Origin: Octopus sinensis
Lineage: Eukaryota
Direction of reading: 5' to 3'
Length of the DNA stretch: 64,000 nucleotides
Assembly (NCBI RefSeq): GCF_006345805.1
Contig: NC_043013.1
Location: 4,030,001-4,094,000, forward strand
Shown here: positions 51,850-64,000 of the stretch, piece by piece
Layout: the number at the start of each line of letters is the position of its first letter
How positions within the stretch are numbered: position 1 is the stretch's first letter
Made by a program: the position numbers and the translations under genes
The notes under the pieces: model-generated
Told to the model about the DNA's origin: nothing
Seen by the model: only the letters and a program-made list of their open reading frames with translations
Databases searched by the model: none

Positions 51850-52520
51850 CAGTAGTGTTGGGACAGCAGCATCAGTGACCTGCTTCTGTTTTGGTGCTCG
51901 CTGCCCTTTCTTATTCTATGCCTTACCAGTTTCTAGGAGCAGGAAGCACTCAATTTCTTTTGCTTTCAGAATAATAACAGTTACTCTGCCATCCTTGAAT
52001 ACCCAGTCTCGTGGCATTTCCTTCTGTACCAGCATAGTTTAGCAATCTCCGGGGTCATTTAGATTTATAATGTATGTCCATCGGGAATCCATCCAACCAC
52101 ACCTTATTTCTAGCCATTTCGACGCTCACGAAATCCCTATAGTGTCCCGCATCGGTTAGGCAAGGTTCTTCCATTGCCATGGTTCGAGATGCCTCGAGAG
52201 TGGTAGAAGAAGCCGACTCAACCCGCCCAGGGTGAATGTCGCCACAAGTACAAGTAAATAGTAGGCAAGAGTCAAAGTTGTTACTAATATCTTTGACTCT
52301 GACCCTCGTATTACGCCGACCTAAGTAATTTGGTATTCGTTATTGGTAATTCTGTTCTGTACCAACTCGGCTCGCCTATTTGTATTCTCCTCAGTATTAA
52401 AGACCAGCCATAGTCCTGTGCCTCTTTCCTCGACCTATGGATTATCACATCAATTAGAGCTACTTTGAATTGTTGTTCTGCAGGAATGAAAAATCCCTCC
52501 GTCTTTTTGTGATAGACAAG
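51850..52520 (-). pseudogene. Possible L1/Tx1 ORF1 remnant
   Basis: KVWLDGFPMDIH...LLNYAG and DWVFKDGRVTVII in different frames resemble the ORF1 RRM region; heavily decayed. Confidence 0.25.
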
Positions 52521-55140
52521 TAGGTGATTTTCCTTTGTTCCCTTTTCTTGGACAGAAGTCCTGTCGGTTTATTCATATTCAAGGTTTATCTGTTTTTTTT
52601 TTTCGAACGGATAATATTTGCGTCGTTGTTTGGTCGTCGTGTTCATTGTAGCGGCATATCGTTAATTTCGTCGACTTTGCCAACGATTGTGCTAAAATGA
52701 CATTAGCTTTTTTCAAAAATGTATTTTCTTCATTAAGATTTTTACTAACATTTTAATTTTGCTTTTGTGATTTTTTGTACAACAGCCAGGGCTTTTGCCT
52801 ATTGAAGGACATGTCTCACTAACATATTTGCATTGGATGTCGGCTAAACACCAGATGTTAAGAACACAGAATTACCACAAACTTTCTCTACAATATATCG
52901 ATATATCTACGCTGAATCGCATGAAATGGAGATTTTATAGACATGATGTATGTGTGTGTGAGTGTGTGTATTATTTGTGTGTGTATCTGAATATAACGGA
53001 AATTATTTATAACATTTACTCTTGCTGAAATATTGTTCGTTATAAAGACATATCGAGAGTGAATGACACGGCCAAATATTAACTAGCATAAATTTTTACT
53101 GATTGTAAACTAGAAACAATGTGAAATAATCGATAATCATTCAAGAGATAGAATATATCAACGTGTAAATATATTTTTAGGGGGTTTATTTAAAGTCTTC
53201 GCTAAAGTCAAGATATTCACTAATAAAGTGTGACAAAGCCTTTTCTGTTCCTGGGGTTTATGGATATGTGAGTAATTCAGCGTGTATATAAATGTAGGTG
53301 TGCGTCTGCATGTACATGTACTCATGTAAGGACTATGTGTACCTCTGCAGTATACACATGCGTGTGTGTTATACACTATGCAGAAACTCGAATGGAAAAC
53401 CGTGGGATGTTTTTGCAAATCTTCTCTATACGTCTATTCGATTAGATTTGGAGGATGCGAGTCAGGTTTCTTTCTTCTACTTAGGAAAATCCCAGCATTT
53501 CAGCAAATTTTATCCGAAGCTTTTTGCAAGACTGCTGTTACGCTGGCAAGTGCACCTATGGTAATAGGTACAAATGAAAATATATAGCCAGGATATAAAA
53601 GATCATATATGGATATATATATATATATATATGCATATGTGTATATATATGCATGTAAGTATGAATGGTTGGCTGTATGTATGTGTAAATGAACGTATAT
53701 ATGTAGGTACGCATGTATGTATGTTTATATGTACGTATGTATGTGTATACGTGTATATATGTATATATGTATATATATATTATATATATATATATATATA
53801 TATCTATATATATATATATATATATATATATTATGTATGTTGTATGTACATGTGTGTATAGTTATATGTGAATGCATATATACATAATATATTTTGAAAA
53901 GCATCATGCACAGACATCGCTTGACATACTGGTATCGTCATCTTATACATGAGAACGAGGAAGCGGCCATAATAAATGTATGTATGGGTGGATAAACAGA
54001 CGGTTACATAAATAGATAGATTCAAAATAAGTCGTAATCTCTTATTTGTTCGGAGTCAGTTCTGCAAGCTTCTGAAGCACTCGTCAATTTTAAGGTATCA
54101 TTGTTGCTTACAATTGTAAAATATACCCGCCATTTCCCCTATTTACAATTAGATAGACTGGGTACAATATTGACCTTAGTGTATCTGATGACAACAAACT
54201 GTATTTTCACATGATATCTTCTTACAAATCATGTATTTAATTCCAGCATGACTTAGTTTGTAGTAAGCTCTTTCGACTCAACTATCTACAACTCTGTCAT
54301 ATATGCTCCGATATACTCTTTCACATACACCACTTCAAAAATAGTTCACATACAACAGGTACACGCGAAGCCATATATATTCTCATATATTTATTTTATT
54401 TAGGATAACGAATAAAATAACCTATTTACTAATTTTTCATCCAGGAAAAGTAATATTCTGTTTCCTACGCGCTGTCTACCTGTCTGTCTACCTGTCTGTC
54501 TATCTGCCTTCAGCTTTACTCACAGAAAAACAAGCGAGAAAACTAAAACCTTTAGCTGCAGTTCACCTTGTAATCTAGTCGACCGTTCATATTCTCATCA
54601 AGTATACAATTGAATATACTTACTCCTTGCATTGGTGCATATCACTACATTTATAAGAGAAAATTAAGATTGCGTGAGCGAAAATAATACAAGTTCTCAG
54701 AAGATAACAGTCTCCATACAGAAGACAACCAGACAGAACGCACTCTCATCTGCCGCAGATAAGATTACATACATACATACATACAAATAATGTGTATGTA
54801 TGTATATATATATATATATATAATAGATATATATATAATATATATATATTATATATTATATATATGTATGTATTTATATAGATATATATATGTATATATA
54901 TATATATGTATATAATATATTATATATAATATGTTATATAATATATATTATTATATATATAATATATATACACACAATGTATATATATATACGTATATAT
55001 ATGTATATGTGCATGTATATACAATACATGAATAATATTATATAGATATATACAGACACATTTATATGTATATATATTATATTGTATACATACATACATA
55101 ATACATATTTATATGTATGTACACGCAACAAATGATATAC

Positions 55141-55232
<92 letters not shown>

Positions 55233-55516
55233 GCATATATACACATACATTGTTGACGATATAGGAATATATAAACTTTCGAGAGAACGTGAAATAATTC
55301 TCTTTGGAACAGTGGCTCTCGAAGCACATAAAAACTGTAAATAATAGCACGCATGCCTTGGAAAGAAGGTTGCGCGTGATAGAATACGTGTCATGTCTAC
55401 ATGCTATTATTTAGAGCTTCATGTGCATCAAGACCCAATGTTCCAAAGAAGATATATGTTGTATGCGTTGTGTGTGTGTGTGTGTCTCTCTCTCTCTCTC
55501 TCCCTCTCTCTCTCAT

Positions 55517-55752
55517 TTTACTCCTTTTTACTCTTTTTACTTGTTTCAGTCATTTGATTGTGGACATGCTAGAGCACCGCCTTTAGTCGAGCAAATTGAC
55601 CCAGGATTTATTCTTTGTAAGTCTAGTACTTATTTTATCGGTCTCTTTACGGGGACGTAAACACACCAGCATCGGTTGTCAAGCGATGTTGGGGGGACAA
55701 ACACAGACACACAAACATATACACATACATACATACATACATAATATACATA

Positions 55753-55809
<57 letters not shown>

Positions 55810-55971
55810 GATGGGCTTCTTTCAGTTTCCGTCTACCAATCCAACCACAAGGCTTTGGTTGGCCCGAGGCTACAGTAGAAAACCCTTGCCCAAGGTGCCA
55901 CGCAGTGGGTCTGAACCCGGAACTATGTGGTTGGTAAGCAAGCTACTTACCACACAGCCACTCCTACGCCT
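55517..55971 (-). mobile_element. SINE A with small deletions
   Basis: Reverse complement of the A structure. Confidence 0.88.
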
Positions 55972-56237
55972 ACGCCTGTGTGTACCATATTTATAGATAC
56001 ATCTACATACACAAGTACCGATCAATGCATCCCATACAAACAGTGACGTATCCACAAAGATCTTCATTCATTTCTATTACATACACATATAAAACAGCCA
56101 CGAACATAATATCCATCGAGGAATCGCTATCTCACTGTTGCTTGATTACACATCAGCAGCATTGCTCTATGTCCAGGATACTATAAGTATAAGCAGTAAT
56201 TTGTTATGCTAGCGGTCCGAGGCTTCACAGTGTATTA

Positions 56238-56852
56238 GAAGGCGGCGAGCTGGCAGAAACGTTAGCACGCCGGGCGAAATGCGTAGCGGCATTTCGTCCG
56301 CCATTAAGTTCTGAGTTCAAATTCCGCTGAGGTCGACTTTGCTTTTCATCCTTTCGGGGTCGATAAATAAAGTACCAGATACACACTGGGGTCGATATAA
56401 TCGACTTAATCCGTTTGTCTGTCTTGTTTGTCCTTGTTTGTCCTCTCTGTGTTTTGCCCCTTGTGGGTAGTAAAGAAATAGGTATTTCGTCAGCCGCTAC
56501 GTGTTCTGAGTTCAAATTCCACCGAGGTCGACTTTGCTTTTCATCCTTTCGGGGTCGATAAATAAAGTACCAGATACACACTGGGGTCGATGTAATCGAC
56601 TTAATCCGTTTGTCTGTCCTTGTTTGTCCTCTCTGTGTTTAACTTCTTGTAGGTAGTAAAGAAATAGGTATTTCGTCTGCCGCTACGTGATCTGAGTTCA
56701 AATTCCGCTGAGGTCGACTTTGCCTTTCATCCTTTCGGGGTCGATAAATTGAGTACCAGTTACGCACTGGGGTCATTATAATCGACTTAATCTCTTTGTC
56801 TGTCCTTGTTTTTCCCCCCTGTGTGTAGCTCCTTGTGGGCAGTAAAGAAATA
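56238..56852 (+). repeat. Tandem SINE B trimer (one full unit plus two 186-bp 5'-truncated units)
   Basis: Units start at 56238, 56481 and 56667; both junctions read AAGAAATA|GGTATTTCGTC. Confidence 0.93.
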
Positions 56853-57446
56853 AGAAAGGTCACAATTTCCGTCAACCTCAACAGTTAACCTCGTTGAGGG
56901 TTGGCTGTGCAATAAGTCTTTGTTCTCACTAAGGGTTACCTTTTGCGTTGGTTTGTGTGCCATAGTATATTACACTACAGCACATACGACCGCACTGCTT
57001 GTGGATATTTTACTCAGTCGAGGACAACGAGATAATGACATACTTATGTAAAAAATTATTATACCCATCAGGTACATCCATTCATAAAGTTGTGTCTCGC
57101 TAAAGAGCCCGAGTTTTGGCTATCATGTTGTTATATGCCCGTCTGGTTAGGGAATGAAACGGTGCTACAATTTTCAATTACTATTATCTTTCTATAATAA
57201 GAATTGCAAACATTTGTAAATAAAGACAAATAACTGTTGATAAAAAAGAAGAAAAAAATTGTTGGGGAAGTGACTGGCTGGACAGGGATAGGTTGAGTTA
57301 CATTGGGTTTAAGACAAAGGGATGGTACTAGAAAAAAGAAGGGAAAGATATATATGCAGCCTAGAATGTCTAATGGGCGACATGTTGTTTAGCTAGCTTA
57401 GCGCGCGCACACACAGGTGTACACACAAATATATACATACACACGC

Positions 57447-57501
<55 letters not shown>

Positions 57502-57555
57502 GATATAAATAGATAAATATATATAGGTATATATACATCATATATGTAATACATA

Positions 57556-57609
<54 letters not shown>

Positions 57610-57615
57610 TATATG

Positions 57616-57751
57616 GTACAGGACGTCACAAAACGTAAAGAACATGAACTACGAAAACAAACTTTCGTACGCGAACATTTCTATTTGTTTCTCTCGTTTT
57701 CGCGTTTTTGTTTCGTATTTCATGTTGTTTACTTTTTGTGACGTCCTGTAC
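57616..57751. repeat. Two P1 repeat ends in inverted orientation (~46-bp arms)
   Basis: GTACAGGACGTCACAAAA ... TTTTGTGACGTCCTGTAC. Confidence 0.85.
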
Positions 57752-57787
57752 CCATGTGTGCAGACACCCACACACACACACACACAC

Positions 57788-57851
<64 letters not shown>

Positions 57852-57852
<1 letters not shown>

Positions 57853-58010
57853 TCGTGAAGTATATTTGTCACCTAAATGTGGATAACCCTTAAGGGTGGA
57901 AGCTACGTGTGAATAACCAGCTGCAGGAGGTGTCTTCCTGGGGCTACAACCTACAGTAGCATCCACTCTTAAAGGTTAGCCACATTTAAGTGGCAAATAT
58001 ACTTCACGAT
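57852..58010. mobile_element. 159-bp MITE-like inverted repeat (49-bp arms, 44/49)
   Basis: 57852-57900 versus 57962-58010; no unambiguous TSD. Confidence 0.75.
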
Positions 58011-58155
58011 GTCGTGCAGCTACTGTTTATACCTCGCTCAGAGATTTATTATTGCTTGCTTACACTTTTTCGGGATCAGTGACTTTTCGTCACCCGAAAA
58101 AGGATATATATATATTTGCATTTGGAATCACTCGACATCGACAACCGGTGATTGT

Positions 58156-58200
58156 CACACGCTGATGACGGGTCAATACCCAGAAACTCGGGTCTGTGTG
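58156..58200 (+). ncRNA. Minimal type I hammerhead ribozyme fold with GUC cleavage triplet
   Basis: Stem I CACACG/TGTGTG; core CTGATGA; stem II C.GGGT(CAAT)ACCC.A; GAA; stem III AC(TCGG)GT; C17 at 58194. Confidence 0.75.
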
Positions 58201-58483
58201 TATCACGTCAGGTTGGAGATAGGCAGGATGGCTTCCCTTTGCAAATACTGATAGGTCACAGAAAGTGTGTCAATAGCCAGCTGGAGGAGCTGTCTTCCTG
58301 AGTCTATTATTGCTTATATATATATTATTATTGCTTTTATATATATATACACATATACATATTTATGTAAGTATGTACATATATGTATATATATATGCCC
58401 ATATAGATATTTTTTATTTATGTCATTATATGACTGAACGCCACGCATCCATTTCCAAGTAGGTTTATCTATCTCTCTGTCTG

Positions 58484-58580
<97 letters not shown>

Positions 58581-58676
58581 ACATACATACATACATACAT
58601 ATATATACACGCATATATATAAATGTATATATATATATATATATACGCATATACATACATATGTATACGCACACAT

Positions 58677-58707
<31 letters not shown>

Positions 58708-58719
58708 ACGATGATACTG

Positions 58720-60205
58720 TGTGTGTGTGTGTGTGTCTGTTTGTCTGTGTGAATCCCTAAAACTCGAGAACTACACAACCGATTTCATTCAAATTTTACA
58801 GATGCCTTACTTAGGGTCCCTGCAGTGTCGTGGGCCAAACAAATTTTCAACTTCTTGCCTAATGCGAGCCCAGATTAATCTCTTATCTCTTTCACCATTT
58901 CAGTATTACGTCTCTATTGTAAGGTGAGATAATACTTTCAGTTTGAAAGTCTCTCCTGTATATATATAGATATTCCGTATGCATTCCAAAACCGAGTAAA
59001 CGATTTTGACGTAAGGGGTATCAAAAGATTCAGTACTATTTCGGCTACAAACTAAACTTAATTTCCATTCACATATTTCCGTTTCAAAAATTTAACATTG
59101 TAATCTTTTCCATAAATCAATTATCGTAAACATTTTATACAATGACGACGATGACGTCACATTTTCTATGCGTGTGTACCTTAAAAGACATCAATCATCA
59201 CGACACACTCACTCTTTCTATCATTCTCTCTTTCTCTCTCTTTCACACACGCGCACGCACACATGTCCATTTCATATACACGTACATACATCTTTCACTT
59301 TCTTATCTCCTTTTCTTACTTTCTCTCTGTCCTTTCAATTTCTTCTCTCACTTTCAATTTCTGCTCTCTTGGTAGCATCATTTTTTGTTTACAATATTGA
59401 AAAAATATGCCACCAAAGAAAAGACGTAATGTCTCCAGAAACAAATATAAGGCAAGGAGGATTGGAGAAAACCAAAGGCGAAAGTCTGGAGAGAGAAGCG
59501 AGACGAGATTTTCTCAAGATCAGCAAAGGCATGCTACAGCACGTCAGAAGGAGTCTCAAGAGAGAAGGGAGATGAGATTTTCTCAAGATCAGCAAAGGCA
59601 TGCTGCGGCACGTCAGAAGGAGTCGAGAGAGAAGGCAGATGAGACTTTCCCAAAATCAGCAAATGTATGCTGCAGTACTTAATGCTGGATCATTAAATCA
59701 ATGTGTTAATGATTAGACAGAAGTCCAATAGAATAGCTCTCAGAAGCAGACTACGTACAAATTCGTTTTCCAAACTCCTGAAGCTGTTTTCAGATACGAT
59801 CCATCCCATTCTTATAAAAATGATAACTCTGTCCAAATTGGTGTGCTAAACACAAATTGTATTTTCTGTAGAGTTTTAAAGTTTTCAAATGAAACAAATG
59901 GCATGTGCTGCTCAGGCGGTCAGGTAACATTGCCAGCACTACCAGCTCCTTCCCAACCTCTTATGGATCTTCTAGAAAGCACTTCCACCCAGTCAAAGGA
60001 TTTTCTGAACAATATCACACAATACTACTCTGCATTTCAAATGACATCGTTTACTGCATCTAAGAAGAATTTAACCAAGAATTTATGCTGACGTTAAAGT
60101 TCAAGGGCAAGTCTGTCACTTCACAAACGAACAACGACTGTTCCTACACATTTACTTTATGAGTGATGTAGAACAACAAACCCGAAGGAGGTGTCAAAAT
60201 TTCAG
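58720..60205 (+). mobile_element. Helitron 5' region and RepHel N-terminal remnant
   Basis: MPPKKRR start at 59407, 23-aa repeats, then FRYDP...IGVLNTNCIFCRVLKFSNETNGMCCSGGQVTLP..P..PL..LL...FLNNI..Y.SAFQMTSF and VKVQGQV, FLHIYF, typical of Helitron RepHel. Frameshifted; no 3' end seen. Confidence 0.85.
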
Positions 60206-60451
60206 ATGACGGGTCGTGTTAGACACAGCGCCGACCGCTGCAAATGAGAGTATATCCACTGACACCTTTTCGGTGCGTTCAAAAATCACATAACCCCCAT
60301 CACCAATTTTCCATGACAGGTTAGGGTCTCAAATACTCCAAATGGACGCATAGCATGTTGCTTAGTCGAATTAGCCCATCATTTACTCTACAAATGTTTT
60401 GTTGTCAATCCTGTACTTTCCCATATGACTTGGTTCAACATAACTATAATA

Positions 60452-61324
60452 CAGGGGTTGGACAAAATAATGGAAACACCTAGCATCATAATTTTGAAAT
60501 ATCTATAAAACTGTCAAAAGCTTGTTTATTGTTGTGTTTTTTTTTATTTTTATTAGTGTTGCTTGATATGTTTTGCTAAAATTGCTGTCTCTTTTCAGAT
60601 ATCAGAAAAAGGTAATTAAAATGCATTAAAATGACAGATCTATCGGACTGCTCGTATGGCAGGCGCTAGCGTAACGAAAACAGCCGAAATGTTTGATGCA
60701 TCAAGAAGTACTGTCTCGAAAATAATGAGCTTAATGACCACCTCAAGAACCCAGTTTCCACAAAAACTGTTCGCCGGGAGCTGCACAAAACCAGATTTCA
60801 CGGGAGGGCTGCAATCAGAAAACCACTGCGTTCAAAACAAACGTTGCAAAACGTTTAGAGTGGAGTATAAATCTACAGAATTGGTCCACAGATTAGTGAA
60901 AGAATGTTATTTTCTCGGACGAGCCATGGTTTACCTTATTTCCGACCACCGGCCGAGTTTACGTGTGGAGACAGCCAAAAGAAGCATTTGACCCAGGCTG
61001 CCTTCTTCCAACTGTTAAGCATGAAGGAGGGTCATGTGTAGTTCTCGATGATCCGAGGGGCTATATCTTGGAAATCCGCCGGCTCAATTAATAGTGAAGA
61101 CAATTTAAGCATTTTATCTGATCAAATTCATCCTATGGTTGTTGCACTGTTTCCGGAGGAGGGGGGCGCAATCTTTCAGGATGATAATGCACCACTTCAC
61201 ACAGCTAAAGTTGTTACTGAATGGCACGAAGTACATTCTAGTAAAGTTGAACATCTTAGCTGGCCACCATAGTCCCCAGATCTCAATATTATTTAGCATT
61301 TATGGTGCATTTTAGAAAAACAAG
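60452..61324 (+). mobile_element. Tc1-like transposon copy 2, N-terminal deletions, 3'-truncated
   Basis: TA|CAGGGGTTGGACAAAATAATGGAAACACC TIR and 5' UTR match copy 1; ATG at 60631; retains FQDDNAP...WPP*SPDLNII*HLW; no right TIR. Confidence 0.92.
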
Positions 61325-62120
61325 CATTGTACTGTGTGAACAGGTGTTTAGCTGTATGCATGTATCTGGGCAGTCGTTCAACAAATCTATTTATAATTTG
61401 CTCTTTTGTCAATAATATTGACAGCGATTTCTCGGAACATAGCTGGCATTTTCCGGATAGAATTGTTGTGGGAACTCGCGTGTCTAATTATTGATCAGGT
61501 CAGGTTGTATTTTACCTTCTCTTCCTTGAGTCGCTAGATGAAATCGGCCAGTGATTTTGCCTGCGATTTAAGGATTTTTCAAAAGCTGGCGATGTGGTTT
61601 CTATATCTGTTTTTGAAAATATCAGCCGATGTATCGATATATATGTAGGGACCTCCTCCAGTATTTACAGTGCACTTGTACACGACATTTCGCGTCTTGT
61701 ATTGGTTAACCAGAGGACATTTCGAACGGTCCCTGCAATAGCATAGATTGTCAGATTTTTTTTTGCGTGTGTAGAGCAGGTACCTGTCCGGTCAGTTCCA
61801 TTCACATTCGTGCTCGTGGCTACCCTATTATCATTTTTAATGTTTCTATGTGTGTTTATGTTGTTGCTTAAGTTGTGGCTTTCATGTGTTGGTTAGTAAA
61901 GTGGTTGCAGTAGTTTTTTCTTTGTTGGTTAGTGTTATTGTTCGAGTCATTGTTACTGTGATGCGTTATGTGGTTGGCATTTGCATTGTCTCTAGGATTG
62001 TTATATGTGTCTCCGTCAATTTTTGAGGGCCTATTTTCGATGTTACCTGCACGCTGCCTTAGTTTTCAGTTTTTAATTCTATGAATGTAGTGCTCCATAT
62101 TCTATAAGACAGTATACTTT
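61325..62120 (-). mobile_element. Penelope-like element 3' fragment (linker plus GIY-YIG endonuclease)
   Basis: Minus strand 61743 to 61330: CYCRDRSKCPL...NVVYKCTV...YIYIDTS..IFKNRYRNHIASF...LADFI*RLK...LT*SII...CQLCSEK, the Penelope GIY-YIG pattern with stops. Confidence 0.85.
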
Positions 62121-62626
62121 TTTTATCAACAGTTATTTGTCTTTATTTACAAATGTTTGCAATTCTTATTATAGAAAGATAATAGTAATTGAAAATTGCA
62201 GCAATGTTTCATTCCCTAACCAGACGGGCATTTAACAACATGACAGTCAAAACTCAAGATCTTTAGCAAGACACAGAGAGATAGAGATAGATAGATAGAT
62301 AAATAGAGAGTGAGAGAGCTACCGTTATACAGTTATTATTATACTATGAGTCTTCCATAGTGACTTTCTCTCCGTAACTTACAAAGCCTTTCTGGTTTGT
62401 TTACAAATATTATATATCTATAAACACGTATATACACACACACACATACAAGAATAAATACATGCATCCTTTACCCTCTCTCTTTATATACGTTTATGTG
62501 CACGAATACAAATGTATGCAAATTGTATATAATGGATGTGTTGTGTGCGTTGGCCACAGATACGTTTTCCGCAAATATTATATGCTTCTTATGAGACCCT
62601 TTATGTATTTGAATTGTGTATATATG

Positions 62627-62664
<38 letters not shown>

Positions 62665-62756
62665 TATATAATATATATATATATATATATACAACATATA
62701 TATATATCATACATATATATATATATATGTATAAATATGTATATATATATATATAT

Positions 62757-62791
<35 letters not shown>

Positions 62792-63174
62792 TATATATAT
62801 ATATAATATATATATATGTATATATGCCCACACACACGCATATAATTATATACGTACACGAACGTATATACACATACCACACCCACCTATACATGTACAT
62901 AAATACAGAATCACTCGTATATACATATTGTTCTCATTCTCTTTTTCTTCTTTGTATTTTTATCTCCTTTCATTCTACACTTCATCTGTTTCTTATAGGT
63001 CCTCATGTTTACTCATAACTTCCTTTCTTCTCAACTTTAGCCTACTCTCTCTCTCTTTCTCTACCACCCTTTTACTCTCTTCTCCCTTTCATACATATGA
63101 TATTCATTCCAGAGTTGTGCAGCACATACGTCTACAGGTATTTTATACCCACCTCAAATATTGTAGCGTGTTAC

Positions 63175-63206
<32 letters not shown>

Positions 63207-63211
63207 TGATG

Positions 63212-63251
<40 letters not shown>

Positions 63252-63509
63252 GGTCCTCACTCAGATTGGCTCTTGACTCAGCCCTTCTCGAAATGATTGT
63301 TTAAACAAAAACAAAACAAAACAAAAACAATCAAAATTATGAGAAACTCAGGTGTATTTGAAACTCTTTGATGACAAGTTCAAGGGGAAATTTTCGCTCT
63401 GCGCAAAAGTGATAAACGATAAAAATTTTAAAAGATAGTTTGAAAGTTGTTTCATTTCAGTGTTAAGCTTCCTTTGTTTAAGTTTTATGATCAACAGATA
63501 AAGAACTCT

Positions 63510-63553
<44 letters not shown>

Positions 63554-63555
63554 AT

Positions 63556-63602
<47 letters not shown>

Positions 63603-63613
63603 ATATATATAAT

Positions 63614-63661
<48 letters not shown>

Positions 63662-64000
63662 ACATGTGTATGTATATATATATATATGTTATATATGTAT
63701 ATATATATGTATATATGTATACATGTATATATATGCATATATAAAAGTGTGGTGGTGTATGTATCAATATATATATATATATACACATGTTGTCAACAAT
63801 AACTGACTGTCAGACTAGACACTAATTATATGGGTATTACTAAATGAAACTAGCGATATGTTTGGCCATGTCGATAGAGTGCTAACCTGTTGACACAAAT
63901 CATAAAATTTCGTTTCTCGTCCTTGTTGTTTGATGTGTCTTCCACAAGTACATTAGAATTGCAATGACTTTGCATTTCACTTTGTATACGGCTACCATAG

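Overview
Eukaryotic, AT-rich, repeat-saturated DNA. The SINE, microsatellite, Penelope and Helitron landscape fits an octopod cephalopod (Octopus-like); this is my recognition, not a database result. I found no host protein-coding exon, tRNA gene, rRNA or CRISPR array, and most ORFs in the supplied track are microsatellite translations. Contents: two complementary deleted copies of one Tc1 family with an apparent DD36E spacing; mariner and maT remnants; Helitron pieces, including one complete 396-bp non-autonomous element and a RepHel N-terminal remnant; LINE remnants of CR1/L2, RTE, L1/Tx1 and R4/Dong type; Penelope RT and GIY-YIG remnants; a 6.1-kb array of a 32-bp minisatellite; a 100-N gap; and about 30 tRNA-derived SINE copies or fragments. 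SINE and repeat labels (A, B, C, E heads; C, D, F, G tails; P1-P3) are my own. Most notable: (1) several minimal type I hammerhead-ribozyme folds (58156-58200; both strands of a 143-bp palindrome at 42092-42234; a repeated core variant at 25647 and 48247), suggesting Penelope/retrozyme-type self-cleaving RNAs; (2) SINEs built combinatorially from swappable head and tail modules, with target-site duplications (TSDs) showing that chimeras moved as units; (3) many spacer-less or short-spacer palindromes, plus a perfect 103-bp inverted duplication enclosing a LINE fragment. All alignments, identities and folds were done by eye.
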